From Phoronis australis (taxonomy: Eukaryota; Animalia; Phoronida), in assembly GCA_002633005.1 (NCBI GenBank), contig NMRA01000258.1:202060-266059 (forward strand): DNA of 64,000 bases, given 5' to 3'. Both the position numbers and the translations under genes were made by a program. Under the pieces are notes generated by a model that searched no databases, was not told where the DNA came from, and was given only the letters and a program-made list of their open reading frames with translations. This document shows, piece by piece, positions 36,730-50,789 of the stretch. Numbering within the stretch: the first letter of the stretch is position 1; the number at the start of each line of letters is the position of its first letter.

Positions 36730-37378
36730 TCAGTCAGACCTGATCGGAAGATCTTCCTATAATTGGGCAAGTTTTGTAAGGAAACTTCTGTCTGTGTATG
36801 GTTTTCAGGTGTATGGATTAATCAGGGTATGGTAAACCAAGCGTATTTCCTGACAGTTTTTTCTCAACGTGTCAACGATTGTTATTTGCAAGGCTGGCAA
36901 TCTGATATCGAATGTAATGCAAAACTGCCTTACTATGTGAGGTATAAAACAATGTATTGTCTTGAGAATTATCTAGCAATAGTTAGTATCCCACGTGTTT
37001 TATCCAGTCTCTGACTCGATTACGATGTTCAAATCATTCGTTACTAGTGGAAAGAGGTCGCCACACAACTATTCCCTATGAAAACAGGTTGTGTGAGTTA
37101 TGTAATTAATTATTTGGGATGTGTAGAGGACCAATACCATCTTGTGTTAGATTGTAGTGCGTACTAAGACCTTCGGGTTAAGTACTTAAGTGGTCGTTTT
37201 TGTCATTCCCCTACTACATCTAAATGTGAATGCATGAGAACTCCGGATATATTAATTCTAAAATTTCTTCCATCGTGCTCTCAAGCGTCACAGTTTATTA
37301 TCCAGTTTTTAACGCACCTGCCAATGTTTTGTCTTGGCTTTGGGCCTATGGCCATATGTATATATTTCAATAAAAATC
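36730..37378 (+). pseudogene. LINE ORF2 C-terminal end and 3' UTR
   Basis: RLRCSNHSLLVERGRH..ENRLCELC..EDQYHLVLDC-type C-terminal Cys/His motif (with stops and frameshifts), followed by AATAAA at about 37369. Confidence 0.75.
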
Positions 37379-38569
37379 GCTAAATCCTCACCCAAATTCC
37401 TTAATCTTAATTCGATAGGTACATGTACTTTGACATTTCGCTGTTTCTATCTCATGCTAAGGACGTGCTTTAACCACAGGCTCGATTTCTCTTATCCATT
37501 TCAAGGTACCTAAACTACACAGTCAATGGACTCCTAAACACGGCCAAAAACGGACGCAAACGCATTTCTTACTTCGTGTCTTATCAGTCTCTCGGCGCGT
37601 GGTGTGCATATAGCTCATTGGTATAATAATGAACTTAAAAGTAGGTCATACGTCTTGGCTGGGGATGGCAAAAAGAAGTAAAGTTTGAACCATGATTAAG
37701 TTAATTACCCACTGCAAATTCAGTTGAAATTGCGAGTGAATATTGAAATAGCTAACATGGTTAAGGCATGTATAGGAAATATTGACCGAAAACAAATTTT
37801 CAAAGGATAATTAACCGGGCTTTGAGATTTTCACTCGCCCCAGTTTAATCGGCTCTTTTCCGGCTTCGGCAAATCGACTTTTTTAGAATTTAGGAACACG
37901 AGTTCTCGTAAACAGCTTGGTGAATTTTGCTGAAACTTTCCAACTTTTAAAATATTTATTCATCAATCTCAAAAACATCTAATTTTTGCGTAATGTAACA
38001 AAAACGAATATGACTTCTATTTTTAACAAAAATACATAACGTTTTTCCAGTTGATTTGTCATAGAAACCAAAAGAAAAGACCAATCGAAAATTCCCAACG
38101 GAGTTTTTGAGGCAACAGGTGAAGTTTTTTGGTGAATACTATATCTAACTCAAATGCAAAATACGAGTAAACATATTCCGTTTACAGCACCTTAATAAAT
38201 TTACATCAAAATTAAATACAATATTTGCCCAAACTTGGAGCGTAAGTTTTATCATTTTTAATGAAAAAGACATCGGTTAAGATAAAAAATTAGGAGGGTT
38301 TTTGATTTTAAAATGCACTCTAGCAGTTAAGCTTCCAATCAACGGTTTGTGTCAGATGCAGGTGACATGGGCTGTCTTCACATGTCCAACATCATACATG
38401 TCCAACATCATACATGTCCAACATCATACATGTCCGACATCATTCTCATTTGCCTCGTCTGATTCAATAAAAAGTTACAAAAGAAATGGGAACTCAAAAC
38501 GTCAAAACTAGCGAAATGGTTTATCTGTGTTTAAGTCGAAATAAGCGTTAGAATTTCTGTTGAACTCAC

Positions 38570-38845
38570 TTAAACATTGTATTTCCAAATGTTGCATTGA
38601 CTGGTTTTGCCGTAGATCATCGATTCCAATCCCATCACTGTCCCACTTCTTGCTTTTCATCCAGCATCTCTTCGTCTGCCTGTGATAATCGGCAGACGAA
38701 CATGGCTTGCTCTGGTGACACAACTGGGCGCAGTGTACAGGACAGTTCGCACTAGATACATGTTCATCTACATTGTGGCCGCGTAGCTCGTGTTCAAAAA
38801 GTTTGTAGACTTGAAAGTTATAGGGATGTTCACAAACCTGTGTTC
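38570..38845 (-). CDS. Gene B exon: PAN/Apple domain
   Basis: ttttttcag acceptor and GTGAGT donor, 276 nt, phase 1-1; CEHPYNFQVYKLFEHELRGH..HCAQLCHQSKPCSSADY..RCWMK..HLEIQCL, aligning to gene A exon 14-298. Confidence 0.88.
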
Positions 38846-40611
38846 CTGAAAAAACAAAGCATGCCTGGTGACCATGCGCTGTTTCAATCTTGAAGACTCA
38901 GAAGCAGTGGTCATGAATAAGCCCTTTTCATATGATAAAGGATAGGGTTTCGTAATACTAGTTTTACAACGGCAAGTAGACTTAATCAAAAGATTTTTTG
39001 GCAGAAGACATGTTTATACAACTTTTATCCACCTGAAGCTGGGTATCAAAGTTATGGGGTTTGAGTACAGTACCAGAGCTGCTTTTCGAGAAAAGCTGTA
39101 TCACACAAGTCCTCGCGAGATGTAGCCATGCCTTAAAAGGGAAGCACGTGATCACGGTAGTTTCACTGGTGAATTTCTCGCTTCTATGGAACGTACATGT
39201 AACTCGTATAATTTGTGTAATGACATGAAAGGAAAGGAGTATTATTTTTTTCTTTTTCTCCGAAATGCATTGAGCATTAGACACATGTTGTCGTTCTATA
39301 ATAACTAAGAATCGGCACCGAAGTGGTAAAACCCTACTTTAAAAACTGAAACGTGTATGAAACGAAAAACACAATGGAATGAGGCAAAAATAAGATAAAA
39401 TATGCTGGTGAGTTATTGGAACATATGGAACCAAAAACAAACATTTGTCTAGATCAACCAGTTACCAAAAAAACCATTGACATTTCTGGATCCGGCGCGA
39501 CTGTGCACCGCAGTAGCTCGGAGGCCATTTAACTTGGTTGCCGTAAGCTTAGCGAGTACAGAGGGGTCAACGTTCTGACAATTAATATATTAGATGCATC
39601 GAACTGAGTGATTTTAAAATTGCAGCTGACAACGAGTGCACACCAGAAATCAACCCTTGCAATCTGTTGAGTTTAGGCAGTATTTGTTGAAAAGATCATT
39701 GACACGTATTCATGAACTTCTTGGATTTGTCCGGATAACTTTCATCAGCCGGACCAGGAGATGGGGATAGATTGTTATTAAGAAAGCATTGTTGATGAAG
39801 GGGGACTTATTTGTAGGAAACTCAATCAGACTGTCGGAGGTATGAATTTTTGATGACCGTGCACACTGAACCTGTGTAATAGGTTAAAGTGCTCATCGTG
39901 TTCTGGCCATCGTTAACAAAGATATAAATTTGTGATCTTCGGGATGCACGCTTAACTTAGGCCACTGCGGGAACGAACAAGAATTCATGAATAACTAGTT
40001 TCTGAAAATTTCTTGGAGGAAGCCCCTGACACCCGACCCCCGCATAATGCCCCGCTTCAATTATTGCTCTCCAGGATGCCTCATGTCATGTTCCTGCGTC
40101 CATGGTTCAGTTCAAGAATATATTGCCTACAGATTCCATACCGTGTTTTACGGATATCAAAAGTGTTGTAACAAGAGTGATAATGGTATTGGGTTCATCG
40201 TTTTGAGTTTAGATGCTTAATATACATCTACGAGAATCGACTGTTACCTAATCTAGTAAGAAATCGTTTTAATGAGCTTAGACGCAAGCTGAACTTTTGG
40301 GTGGTTCTATCATCCGAATCCTAAATTGCAACAACTAATTTTTAATACGTAACGTGCTCAGGTCGAAAAGGTATCATTCTCGTGGAATTTTATTGAAATA
40401 CCGGTACTCACGTTTCTGATGGCTTTCTCCCCAAACAAGAAACTCCGCATGCCTATGATGGTTATGGGGGTTGCGTGGTGCAGGGTAAGAAATTGATTAG
40501 GGGTCAACTTGATTAGTTGGTACTCCCCGCCCCGCTTTCCTACGAGCCTGTTCAGTACAAAGTACTTGATACGTATAAATCCTCCAAAAACACCACTGCC
40601 CCCGAAGTTAC

Positions 40612-40684
40612 CTGGTAACCGATACTCTTCGTCCTTTGAAACAACGGTAAGTGGTAAGATGGCGAAGAAATACGGAACCAACAT
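40612..40684 (-). CDS. Gene B probable first coding exon (signal peptide)
   Basis: MLVPYFFAILPLTVVSKDEEYRLP followed by donor CAG|GTAACT in phase 1, which fits the PAN exon acceptor. Confidence 0.55.
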
Positions 40685-43046
40685 GTCTACCTTGATGCCA
40701 GTAGACACATATCTGTGCCAACTGAACAGTGATACTACGTTATGAGATAAACAATATCACACATAATCGATATCACAACAATCATCATGTGATATGTGTA
40801 CACGTTTGCGTTGTTCTGTTTTTGCCTATTCATTTTTTTGAAGTTTTAGACAGACCCTTATATACAATTGTCAAATATGTCCCAATGAATACACGGCTTG
40901 AAATTTCCTGTTTAATCGATAGTTTTTCGTATTGTCCCACTTTCTATCTGTCGTCAGTGTCAAGTGTCACAACACATTATGACCAGGAAATCAACAATCG
41001 CGAAGATATATAGTTATTTCACAGGAACGTATTTGCCCGGTACTGCAGTCATCATAGACCATGAGTAAAATTGCCGCCTCATTTCAACAATAGAAAAAAT
41101 GAAACACGCGCAAGCGCAACATGAATCTCAAAACTCAAATGCCAGCACGACGTAGACACTATTTAAAAATCAACAACTGTGGAGCTAACGTACGACTGTG
41201 AAATTGGCGATTAAACTGTAAAAATCAAGGTTATGCCTGCGTTCAACATGACTAGTTTGGAACAATGGTTGCTATTAAATAATTCTAATAATTAACGAAT
41301 GTATTTCTTTCGCCCTCAAAAGTGTCAGTACACACAGAAACGCTGTTGTCTACTTGTACCCAAGCACGCTAGTTTCGATCATCAAACTAATTATGATTTG
41401 AACACATATTATGAAACCTACATTACAGGGAAAACAGAAATCGAATCGTGTGGTACTGACGTGAATGTGACCCTACTTCATATTAACCACTTTATTTGTA
41501 GGAAGTGGGGGGACAGGGGGTGCTTGTTCACCCCCATACGCATAAAATTGGGGGGCAGCATACCCCACTAAACAAGGACACAGGAAACAAGGGGCGAGCC
41601 GAGAGGGTAATTGCCGCTATAATTTGCTGACGTGATGGTAACACATTCGTGGCCACTAACAAAAGCGAAGAGCAAAGTCAGGGACAGTCGATAAGAAAAA
41701 GCGAAAATGTGATTTTTGAGGTGCAAGTTTAACTCATAAACCGCGAAAGGTTCCTACTAGAACGAAGCAGAATTCACGTACTTAACTGTAATAATTTCCA
41801 GGCCTATCCCTTCCTCGCCCATCCCGGTTGCTCCGTCACTATACAGGTATCTGCACGCCTTACTTCAGGAATTGCCAAAAAATCCACACTGTGTGTTTGC
41901 AAATAAAATCTTGCAACGTAATAAATTCTGTACATACTTCTCAAAAAAGCCAAAATGATCATTTTCTTTCCATTTTTATTGGCTAATTACCTATGTGCAC
42001 ATGTTGTTGACACCAACATATACACATTGTAAAGCATGCTTGTAATAGTCTAAAATTTCTTCATTTTCACTTCTGTGTAGAAAACATAGTTTAACTTGTC
42101 GGCCATGTTGTGTTCTAAATAAGTGAAGAGCTAAGGAGGCACGGAACAGTTCTCACTGGGCAAAACTCACATCACTTGATTTGTCACCTTTTCTTCACTC
42201 TGTCAAAAACAGGATGCAAAGAATGACATGTTTTCAGTTATTTCACATAAAAAGCCATGCAGATGAGCGCAGAAACTTTATTGTCTCTTGTATTTTTGAC
42301 CCTTTTAATCCCACTGAAAACCAAGCTAGACTAAGAAAAACAGAGGCAAAAAGTGCAAAATCGGCACTTTTCACCCCAAAAACACCACTTCCCTGCCGAT
42401 GCACGACTAAACCAACAATAGATTCTGAAAGCAAATTTCCTACAGATTCCGAAAATGTGGTCCAAAAGTACTGTCAACCAACTAGTTTTTTGGCAATTCT
42501 GGGTGCTTTGAGGGCTACCTAAAATCGCAGCCAATTTCTTAGCCGCTACACAACAATCCACAATTGCAACCCGCGGGGGCCGCCATCTTGAAGAAGAGTG
42601 CAGCTACAGCCGAAACGAACATGTGTTCTGTCTCGTTACGAGAAAAACTGGCGAACGATGGTGCTCTCATCTCATAGTCTATTATTAAAAGCGAAAATAA
42701 ATAATTAAGTATTACTTTATTAAGCTGAATCACGTTGACAACAATTGAAAAACGTCAAATATATCAGGAAACAAATCATCTGAAAACAGGTTCACGAAAC
42801 CAAACCATCCTGTGCACAGTGGTGAAAAGATATACTGGACCAGTTTGAAGAGGAACCAGATGTACACTGAGAGTACACAAAAAGGCTGGCCTGGTCCGTC
42901 ACTTGACCAAGAGTACATCTGTGCCTATTATCCCTATAAAAATAGTCGATCTGTCGCGGGACCAAACAGTTACTGGCTGAGATAAATAGTTTTACAAAGC
43001 ACACTTTGGTAAAAAAAATCATAAGACTAGTTCGCCGAGGGACCAG

Positions 43047-43274
43047 GGACCCGTTCCAACAAAACTGACTTAGCTAAGACAAATCCTAAATTTTAGTTAA
43101 ATTTGTCTCAAAAAATTCAAGAAAGAGATCTTAAGTTTGAATTAATAGTGTGACGTTAGTTTTGTCTTAAATTTCACTAACTAACAGAATGTGGAAGTTT
43201 CAAAGTTCGGAATTTAAGACAAATCTTTAACTTAAGTCAAAAATGAACTTAAGTCAGTTTCTTGGAACAGGCCC
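43047..43274. mobile_element. PIF/Harbinger-like MITE
   Basis: CAG|GGACCCGTTCCAACAAAACTGACTTA ... TAAGTCAGTTTCTTGGAACAGGCCC|CAG: TIRs with a 3-bp CWG TSD. Confidence 0.75.
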
Positions 43275-43379
43275 CAGAACTGAAACCCAATATCTACACA
43301 AATCAAGCTGACGTGGTCCGTCGCGAGACCTAAAGTGTACTATGCAAAAAATCTTTAATTGAAAACTTCTCTCTAGACA

Positions 43380-44040
43380 CTTTTCAATCCCCAGTGGTTA
43401 CTCTATACGTTAGTCCTATACTTTTGTTGTCTAGACTGCCGAGGAATCAATATATCGGATCCAATGGTTTGCTCGTCTTGGAACCATTCTACCCAGATAT
43501 CTTCGATGTTTGTTCCCAACGCTTGCACTTCGTCAACTGCTGCGTCAATGAGCTTGTAAGCCTCTACAATGCCAGCATCTCATTTCGCAGCTCAGTTTGC
43601 ACTAAGACCCTTGAGGTTGCCAAGTCCATTCCAAAGATTTACATGCGCAACTAAATTTGATCCGTTCATCATGGACTTCTTCAAACCTTGACGATGTATC
43701 CCAGGACCTATTTGCATCTCTTGCAATTTTCGAAATAAACGTCCCGTTTCATAGAGTGTGCCTTTCTGCGGAAATTCCCAGTATAGAAGACGGCAGGTAG
43801 AAAGACGGTAGCTGTTGAGGTCGGAACTTGGGCTCCTTAGGAGGCCTATTGAACATTGCACGAGTACCGCAAGACTTTATTGTGAAAGAACAGCATCCCC
43901 GCAATTTCTGGTACTGTACACTGTTCGCGGGCTTTGTCAATGTGAGTGCCCCCTTGGTTATTAATTCCTTGTATAGACATAACTTGTTAGAGTGTATCTT
44001 CAAACGGTCTCGCAACCAGACCACGGCAACCGCCACAATA
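43380..44040 (-). pseudogene. Decayed hAT (PRKRIR/ZMYM1-like) transposase fragment
   Basis: LGNLKGLSAN*..DAGIVEAYKLIDAAVDEVQAL..NIEDIWVEWF..IPRQSRQQKYRTN resembles the C-terminal part of THAP12/PRKRIR-type hAT transposases; several stops. Confidence 0.6.
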
Positions 44041-47000
44041 GCATTTCTTGGGAAAAAGAATTTTTTTCAAATATATTACATGTACATGTACACTGTATGA
44101 TATTGCGCAAGACAATTTTACTATATATCAGTCAAATTCGAGTTACAAACTTGTGGAGTGTAATAGAATGATACGGTAAAAACGTTGCCCGTCAATTCGC
44201 CTGAATATTAGGGTTGCGGCACCACAGTATTTCCCCTAATCAAATTAAAGCATATCTTAGAGTAAAGAAGGTAGTTACCTAAAGAAATCAGCTATAGTCA
44301 GCGGTGGATCCATCTAAAATGCTTGACCCCTACTTCAGAAGTGACGACGGAAGCGCGCGCACAATTGATCTCCGAGCGTTTTGCCGATGAGCCACGAAGA
44401 CTCAGCAATTCACAATGCAAAAAAATATATTTTCAGAGTGAACCCCCCCCTCATTTTTTCCAAGTTGGTTTACTNNNNNNNNNNNNNNNNNNNNNNNNNN
44501 NNNNNNNNNNNNNNNNNNNNNNNNNNNNNNNNNNNNNNNNNNNNNNNNNNNNNNNNNNNNNNNNNNNNNNNNNNNNNNNNNNNNNNNNNNNNNNNNNNNN
44601 NNNNNNNNNNNNNNNNNNNNNNNNNNNNNNNNNNNNNNNNNNNNNNNNNNNNNCCCTCCCGTAGATCCGCCACTGACTAAAACATTACCATTTCTTGCTA
44701 ATTTTTATTGAGGCATGTCACTCAGGTTTCCGGTGACTCTAAGGGGTGTGCCCCAGCAGTAAAGTCTGCAACACTACAACTAGGGGGTGCTAACTTGAAG
44801 TGGTGGCGATAGTGTTGGATACTACTTTGAGACCACGGGCATAAAAGTTTGGCGCAGTCGAATTAGCTTATGCTCCCCTTCTCACATTACAGGGCAGCTT
44901 ACTAACGACCAAAGGGAAGGTAAAAACGTTGTACATTCGGTGTCTGAGTAGTACTGTTGTCTGAATTATTTATCAATACTCGTGAAAAGTAATTCAAAAA
45001 TAAAAAGATTACCTGTAAAAGACTCCAAACCAATACTTGGTGTTGCCGAAAACGCCAAAATTGACATATCATCATGTTATTGAAGCCATGTTTTTCCCGT
45101 GCGACTAAAAAGAAAAACGGGTCGTTTCATGTTTTTGCGGCACCCGAAATTTCCCATTCGACTAAATAAAACAAAAACGACTTCGAGCACTTTTGGGTGG
45201 TACGTCTTCCGTTCAACAAAAACGCTTTCGAGGCGTGTTTGTGTGTTGCATTGAACGTTTTAGCCTTACGTTTTGTCGTAGACCCAGTTGTTCCGCTTTT
45301 TATTCGGAAGTCCCGCTTTTAAAACCAGTTGTCCCGCTTTCTCCTTCTCGAATGTTGACAGTGACAACTTTTATTTTCCAGAGTCCACTTTCTTTAGTAA
45401 CACAACAACCGTAAAAATATGTTCCAATGTCTCTTGTTTACGGTAACATACACAACATGTGTCAGGATCCCTAATTTTTACTGAAGAAATGCGTATACTA
45501 CGGAAAGTCCTACAGTGCACCCAATGCAATGAACTATCCACAGAACACAGAAAGCTACACAATAAATGTTAGCTCAGTTTTTTTATTTATCTGGGAAAAC
45601 ATTTGTCTGCAACTTCAGTATAGAAAGTTGGAATAATTAGTTTATCACACACTTTGTAAATGTCACTGCACCCTGCTGGAATTTACTGAAGGGAATGAAA
45701 CTGAACCAAAGGTTCAATTCATATACAGAGATGTACAATTTGGAATGAATGCCTGACTTGATTCTTCAGATCAACTGAGAGGTATTCATATTCAAAAATT
45801 GCTGTCACTATAGGATAGAAATCGTTATAAGAATCATTGACATTGTTTCTCTGTTGGTTTAACTAGTCATCTATATAACCTTTCTAGTTCAGTTTCGTTT
45901 TGTTACCATTACACTCAGTTATTTTGAAACACATAGCTGCAACACGAAGATATTGTCACCACTTCTGTTGGAATGTCACAATGCAGAGAAAACAGTCATA
46001 AACAGGACAAAAAATAGTTTTGTTTCGTATTGATGACGAGGCGCGATCGAGTAACTTAACTGCCATTTGTCTGAAAATTTGTCTGTATGCAATTTTTTCA
46101 GCATTCCATAAATGGCACTCCAGTACAGGGCTGTGTTATACAGTAAGTGGTAAGCTACATTAAAACCTGCATTTTTTCCGAAGCAAATTAAGATATCAAC
46201 CCCGAGATCACTCATATTGACAATACGTCCCCCCCCCCATTTGTGAAAATACGCCCGGACATACATTCGGTTTCAAATGACGTTTTTGAAAGTTAGTTTT
46301 CCAAATATCCGCCCATGGGCTTATTTTTGGGAATTCACCTCTCACGGTCTGATGAGGTTAGTAAACCAGAGCCCTCGAGCAGACTGCATCCCAACTGGCT
46401 GAGTTCAATGATGGCAGCCGACTGCTCGAAGCCGGTATTATTTATGGCCATGCTGCCAAGTCACAAGAAGAGCCGTGCCCGAGTGCTGTCAAATCAAATG
46501 CTTACAGGCAACGTCAGCCCTGGAGTTCTGCGCCTTCTGCTGTCACGGGGATGGTCTGGGAGGGGAATAATGCACCAGCATATCCCCAATGATCCTGTCC
46601 GTGACAGGTATTACAGGTATTACCAGAGCCCGGGGACCAATCTTTATACAGCAACTCGAACTCGATATTACTTTTAATTTTCTGTTCTAACCAGATAAGT
46701 GTATTTTGCGCTCGAGTACATTATGCGTTACGCGAATGACTGTGTAATCCTATATTGTACTCGATGACCCTAGTATTGGGGCTACAATTTTTAGTTTGGA
46801 CTCGAAATCTTGTGTTGTACTAGAAATGTCGATCTTCTATCTCAGTGCCATCAAGCAGGCATTTTGCCAACCAGGGAATTTTAGCTACGCGAACATGTCG
46901 TGTGTATGCGATAACGATAATCTACACAGAAAGTGCGCATTATGATTAATATTATTTTTCAGGCATGAAGCCTACCAAAAACTACCCTTAGTAGCTTTGC

Positions 47001-47949
47001 TACCGTTTGCGATGCACCGATTATGTGTCAATTTCCCTAGGTATACAATTGCATTGACCACTCCATTCTGGTATCAAAATACACGGTGACAACTACTAGT
47101 AAAATATCACAAAACTTGTATTAATTTAAAATCAAATGCAGTATTTGCTAATGCAAAACATTAATACGGAAAATTGACATAGGTTTTGTTCCGTATAGAA
47201 TGTTATTAGGTATCTTTTCTCATAATATTACAAAATTTGGGTTTACAGCGCCACCTGTGGTAGACTTTGTTAACCTTGTGCTAACAGTGATTAGCGTTAG
47301 CGCGGGCCTACGTCCCAACACAATGCTACTAACGGTAGGCCTATTCTTCAGTTGGCGAGGTCTTCTCAGTGGTTTTATGTTTTGAATTTACTCCATCAGT
47401 TTCAGAATCGTTTGTTGTTCTGCCGAAAACTAGTAGATATATAAAAATTTGGCCTACATCTTAATGTAGTAATAATTATAACAAGTATATATGTTAAAGG
47501 ATAGCCCGGGGTCACTCAGAATGAGCAATCAGTGCACTGGCACTGGCCGGAAGTGTGCCATCCGCCGGGCTAGTCGATGCAGGTCCCGTACCTCCAAATT
47601 ACTTTGACATTTTCTGCTCTACCGTAGTATAAACATAAAAATCAAACATTAGGGGATTACATGCACTTCAGGATTGATTGTTCGGCGACCTGATATTGTA
47701 TTTCTTGCCGTTTTTGAACGAAAGCTGCAGTTCTGCATATGACGGCGGTCGCGCTGTACGCCTAGTAGGGCATGGTTCAGTAATAGAGCATACAACCGAG
47801 GACGGCACACTTTAACCCTGGAAACCTTTTATTGCGGCATATAGTGACGATGAAAGTGATACGCCCGAAGCGTCGGAAGGCTCGGCTAGCACCCGATGGT
47901 ATTTTCACAATTAAGAATTCAGTATTTCCTGATCTTGTGAGCATGCACA

Positions 47950-48850
47950 ACCAAGGTGTTTCATCGAAATTGGAAACCCGATGTAAAACAGATATCCCGG
48001 AGTCGAAAACAGACTTCCGCACCTTAATTCAAAACAGCTACATGTATATCAGTATAGCCCACGGACCCCGACCTTTTTAGTAATTCAGGAACCCCGGGGA
48101 GCGGACAGGCCACCCGGAGACAGCTAGAAACACCGTTCCAGCAATCCTGTGAAACATAATACCTTAGTAGGCTTACCTATAGACTACTTAATTGTTCATG
48201 CGACATGTATCACTTTCACATCTTTTAGTGAATAAATTATTCACTTTAAATAGTTGTTGTGATACGGTGTTTTACTATATGAGAATTTTAGACAACTTAT
48301 GACCGGTTGGCGTTCTACCGTCATTATTCTGATGCTAAAGTAAATCGGCGAACCGTAAAATGCGACCAATTGTAAAGATATATAAAAGAATTAATCAACA
48401 ATGGCGCTTGAAATAATATTTTTGGTTTTTCATTTTTGAAAATATTTTTGGAAAAACTATTGAAAATCTGAAATTAAATATTTACCTACAAGATAACAAC
48501 TTAAGAGTATCGCCCACAGTCGACAAGTTTCACCCGATAAAAACCAAGCAGCAAAGTCGATATAACATAAGTTACGTTGTATTACTGACGATGTTTAACA
48601 AACAAATGCAAAAAAACAACTGGAAAGTACTTGAAGATGCTTTAACTCAAATTTTAAGGTTACTGACATCGCCTCGGAAAAATTGAAAAAAATGTACGGG
48701 TTTCCTGTCCGACCCCCGGCCGGGGGTTCCTGGGTTAGTGTTTTAAACGTCGAGGTTCATGTTTTTCGGGCTGGTTATCTGTATTAAAGGTGTATGTTTT
48801 CTACTCCGATCCGTTTTACACCGGGATTCCAATTTCGATGGAACACCCTG
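47950..48850. mobile_element. Inverted-repeat pair (about 47950-48110 / 48700-48850), probable non-autonomous DNA element
   Basis: gtgtttcatcgaaattggaaacccgatgtaaaac vs gttttacaccgggattccaatttcgatggaacac; caggaaccccgggg..cggacagg vs cctgtccga..gggggttcctg. Confidence 0.6.
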
Positions 48851-50789
48851 ACAACTAGACCGCGGAGTTGTAACTGGTCTTTACTGTCGGTTTCAGGATA
48901 GTTGCAGTCAATCTACAGACAGGCAGGCATGAGAGGGGTACTAAACCTTCACAGTAATATACATCCCTGACCTGGAGCATACATGTAGGTCGGCGGCTAA
49001 ATCAGCAGAAATCCCACCAAGCTATAATGCGCTTTTCGAGTTTTCTGCATACATTGTATGTTGCGACTGCTTTAAAATCATTTTTAGCCATTCAAATTAA
49101 GGAATCTTTCGGCGACTGATTCTAACGCATGCATCCTGGAAAAAAACATTTGAATCGCGATCGCGACGTTGGTATTCTTGTAACGGCTCAATTATAAGTT
49201 CTTTCGAGTCCAAGTGTCGTTCATCAGAGCACTTTCATTAAGTTCTGAATTACTTTTCTCATGTTTTCCATTACATAAAGTCCGAATTTTCATTGTTCGT
49301 TTAAGTTTGCCTGAATTCGGGAAAATGAGAGCTCCCGCCCACAGGGCAGTCTATGACGACGATTTTAACAAAAATTATTTTGCGAAAAGACATCTACTAA
49401 ATACTACTCAAGAGGAAGCCGGGGTTTAGCTGGCAAAAAACACAAATCGAATTAGGCCTGGCTATAAAAAATCGGTCTCGATCCTAATTCATGAAAAGAT
49501 TAAAATGAGGCTTACAGTTTGGCGCGTCTCGGTGCTATTTCAATTCTCACTACCAGATTCACTCAGGCGCCATCGCCGGATACCCTGCTGACCTCCAAAC
49601 ACGAGTCTAACACCACTTAGACGATCCAGGGAGAAGTAGACCACGAAATTGTTTCGTGCGACTAGTGTCCCGTTTACATGCAGAATTTTACACGCGCTCG
49701 TAAGTCACCAAACGCAAATCTACACCCGGGTGTAAATATAAATTTACATCGCGTTCCTATGGAGAAAATAAAACACCATTTGCACCCAGTAGACTACTAT
49801 GCACAGTCATTACTATCACAAAGTACTATACAAATAGAGACCTTTAAGGTAGGACTGGCACCACGGATTTGGCCAAACAAAGAATATTTGGCATGGAACC
49901 ATCCCAATAAAAACAGCTACATCCGACTACCAACATGAAAGAGAGCTCCAGGTTACTAATCGAACTTGCCAACTACTCAGTTCTGAACCAATAAAATTTC
50001 CACTAGGATGGTCCCAGATAGAAAACTCCTTTGTCGTGGACTTGTTTAAGAAATGTTCGGCTGATTCTATGAAGCATGTCAGAATATATTTCCAAAGTTT
50101 ATCTAACTTTCTGTAGTCAGAGTTGCAGCCCACAGTTACCCTAAAATGTCGCTGGCATTGGAAGGAGGAATACATTTAATGCAGTCCAGAACAATTTGAA
50201 AACTGTAAGAAACTAACAAATATGAGAAACTTCAATAGCATGAAAACCAGGTTATAGAACTGCTTTACAGATGCTGTAGCATTGTGGGTAAATACTACGA
50301 GATTCAATTGTTACCATGTAATTGGGGACCGTCACATTGCCATAAAAGACCACAAAACATTTGCATGCTCTGAAGTACTATTGCAGCATAGAGACAATTT
50401 GTTTACCTTGGGTTGAAATGTATGACTCAGCAAGTCAAGTACAGAGTTGTAGCCAGATCATCTACTGAATATTTAAGTATTTAGACCATGAGGCTACAAT
50501 GATGAAGCTGTGACCACAATTTTCAAACACCCTGTAATTGATGTTGGACTTATTCATAACAAAACAGAAAGTTTTGAGTGATATTCAGTCAAGATTAACT
50601 GGTTAATTGAAAAGTACAAAAATTAAATGAAATACACTCAGAAAACCCACATTTTAAAACAAACAAGGGAAACCACTTGCCTCATTAAGTGAAACTCAGG
50701 CACAAGTGCAGGTATGCAAAACAAGAGCAAATTTTTTGGAAAATGCATTTCAGAAATAAATAAGCACATGGGTTGAAATACACACATAC

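Larger units (their letters stand above)
33362..38130. mobile_element. Long inverted-repeat pair (about 33362-34036 / 37381-38130) enclosing LINE debris
   Basis: agcatgagatagaaacagcgaaatgtcaa..tttgggtgaggattt is mirrored by aaatcctcacccaaat..ttgacatttcgctgtttctatctcatgct; the match extends about 700 bp with divergence. Confidence 0.75.
20795..40684 (-). other. Gene B: signal-PAN-CTLD-mucin-sushi-like-TM membrane protein, paralog of gene A; exons 40684-40612, 38845-38570, 32965-32761, 31437-31265, 25532-23717, 22036-21845, 21156-20795
   Basis: GT-AG boundaries with phases 1,1,2,1,1,1, identical to the corresponding gene A introns; motif-level homology in every shared exon; the mucin exon spans a gap. 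Confidence 0.8.

Noticed and set aside
46345-46380. Hammerhead ribozyme (CTGATGAG-GTT-AGTA-AAC-C)
   Set aside because: Followed by AGAG rather than GAAA, and no stem III or cleavage triplet was found.
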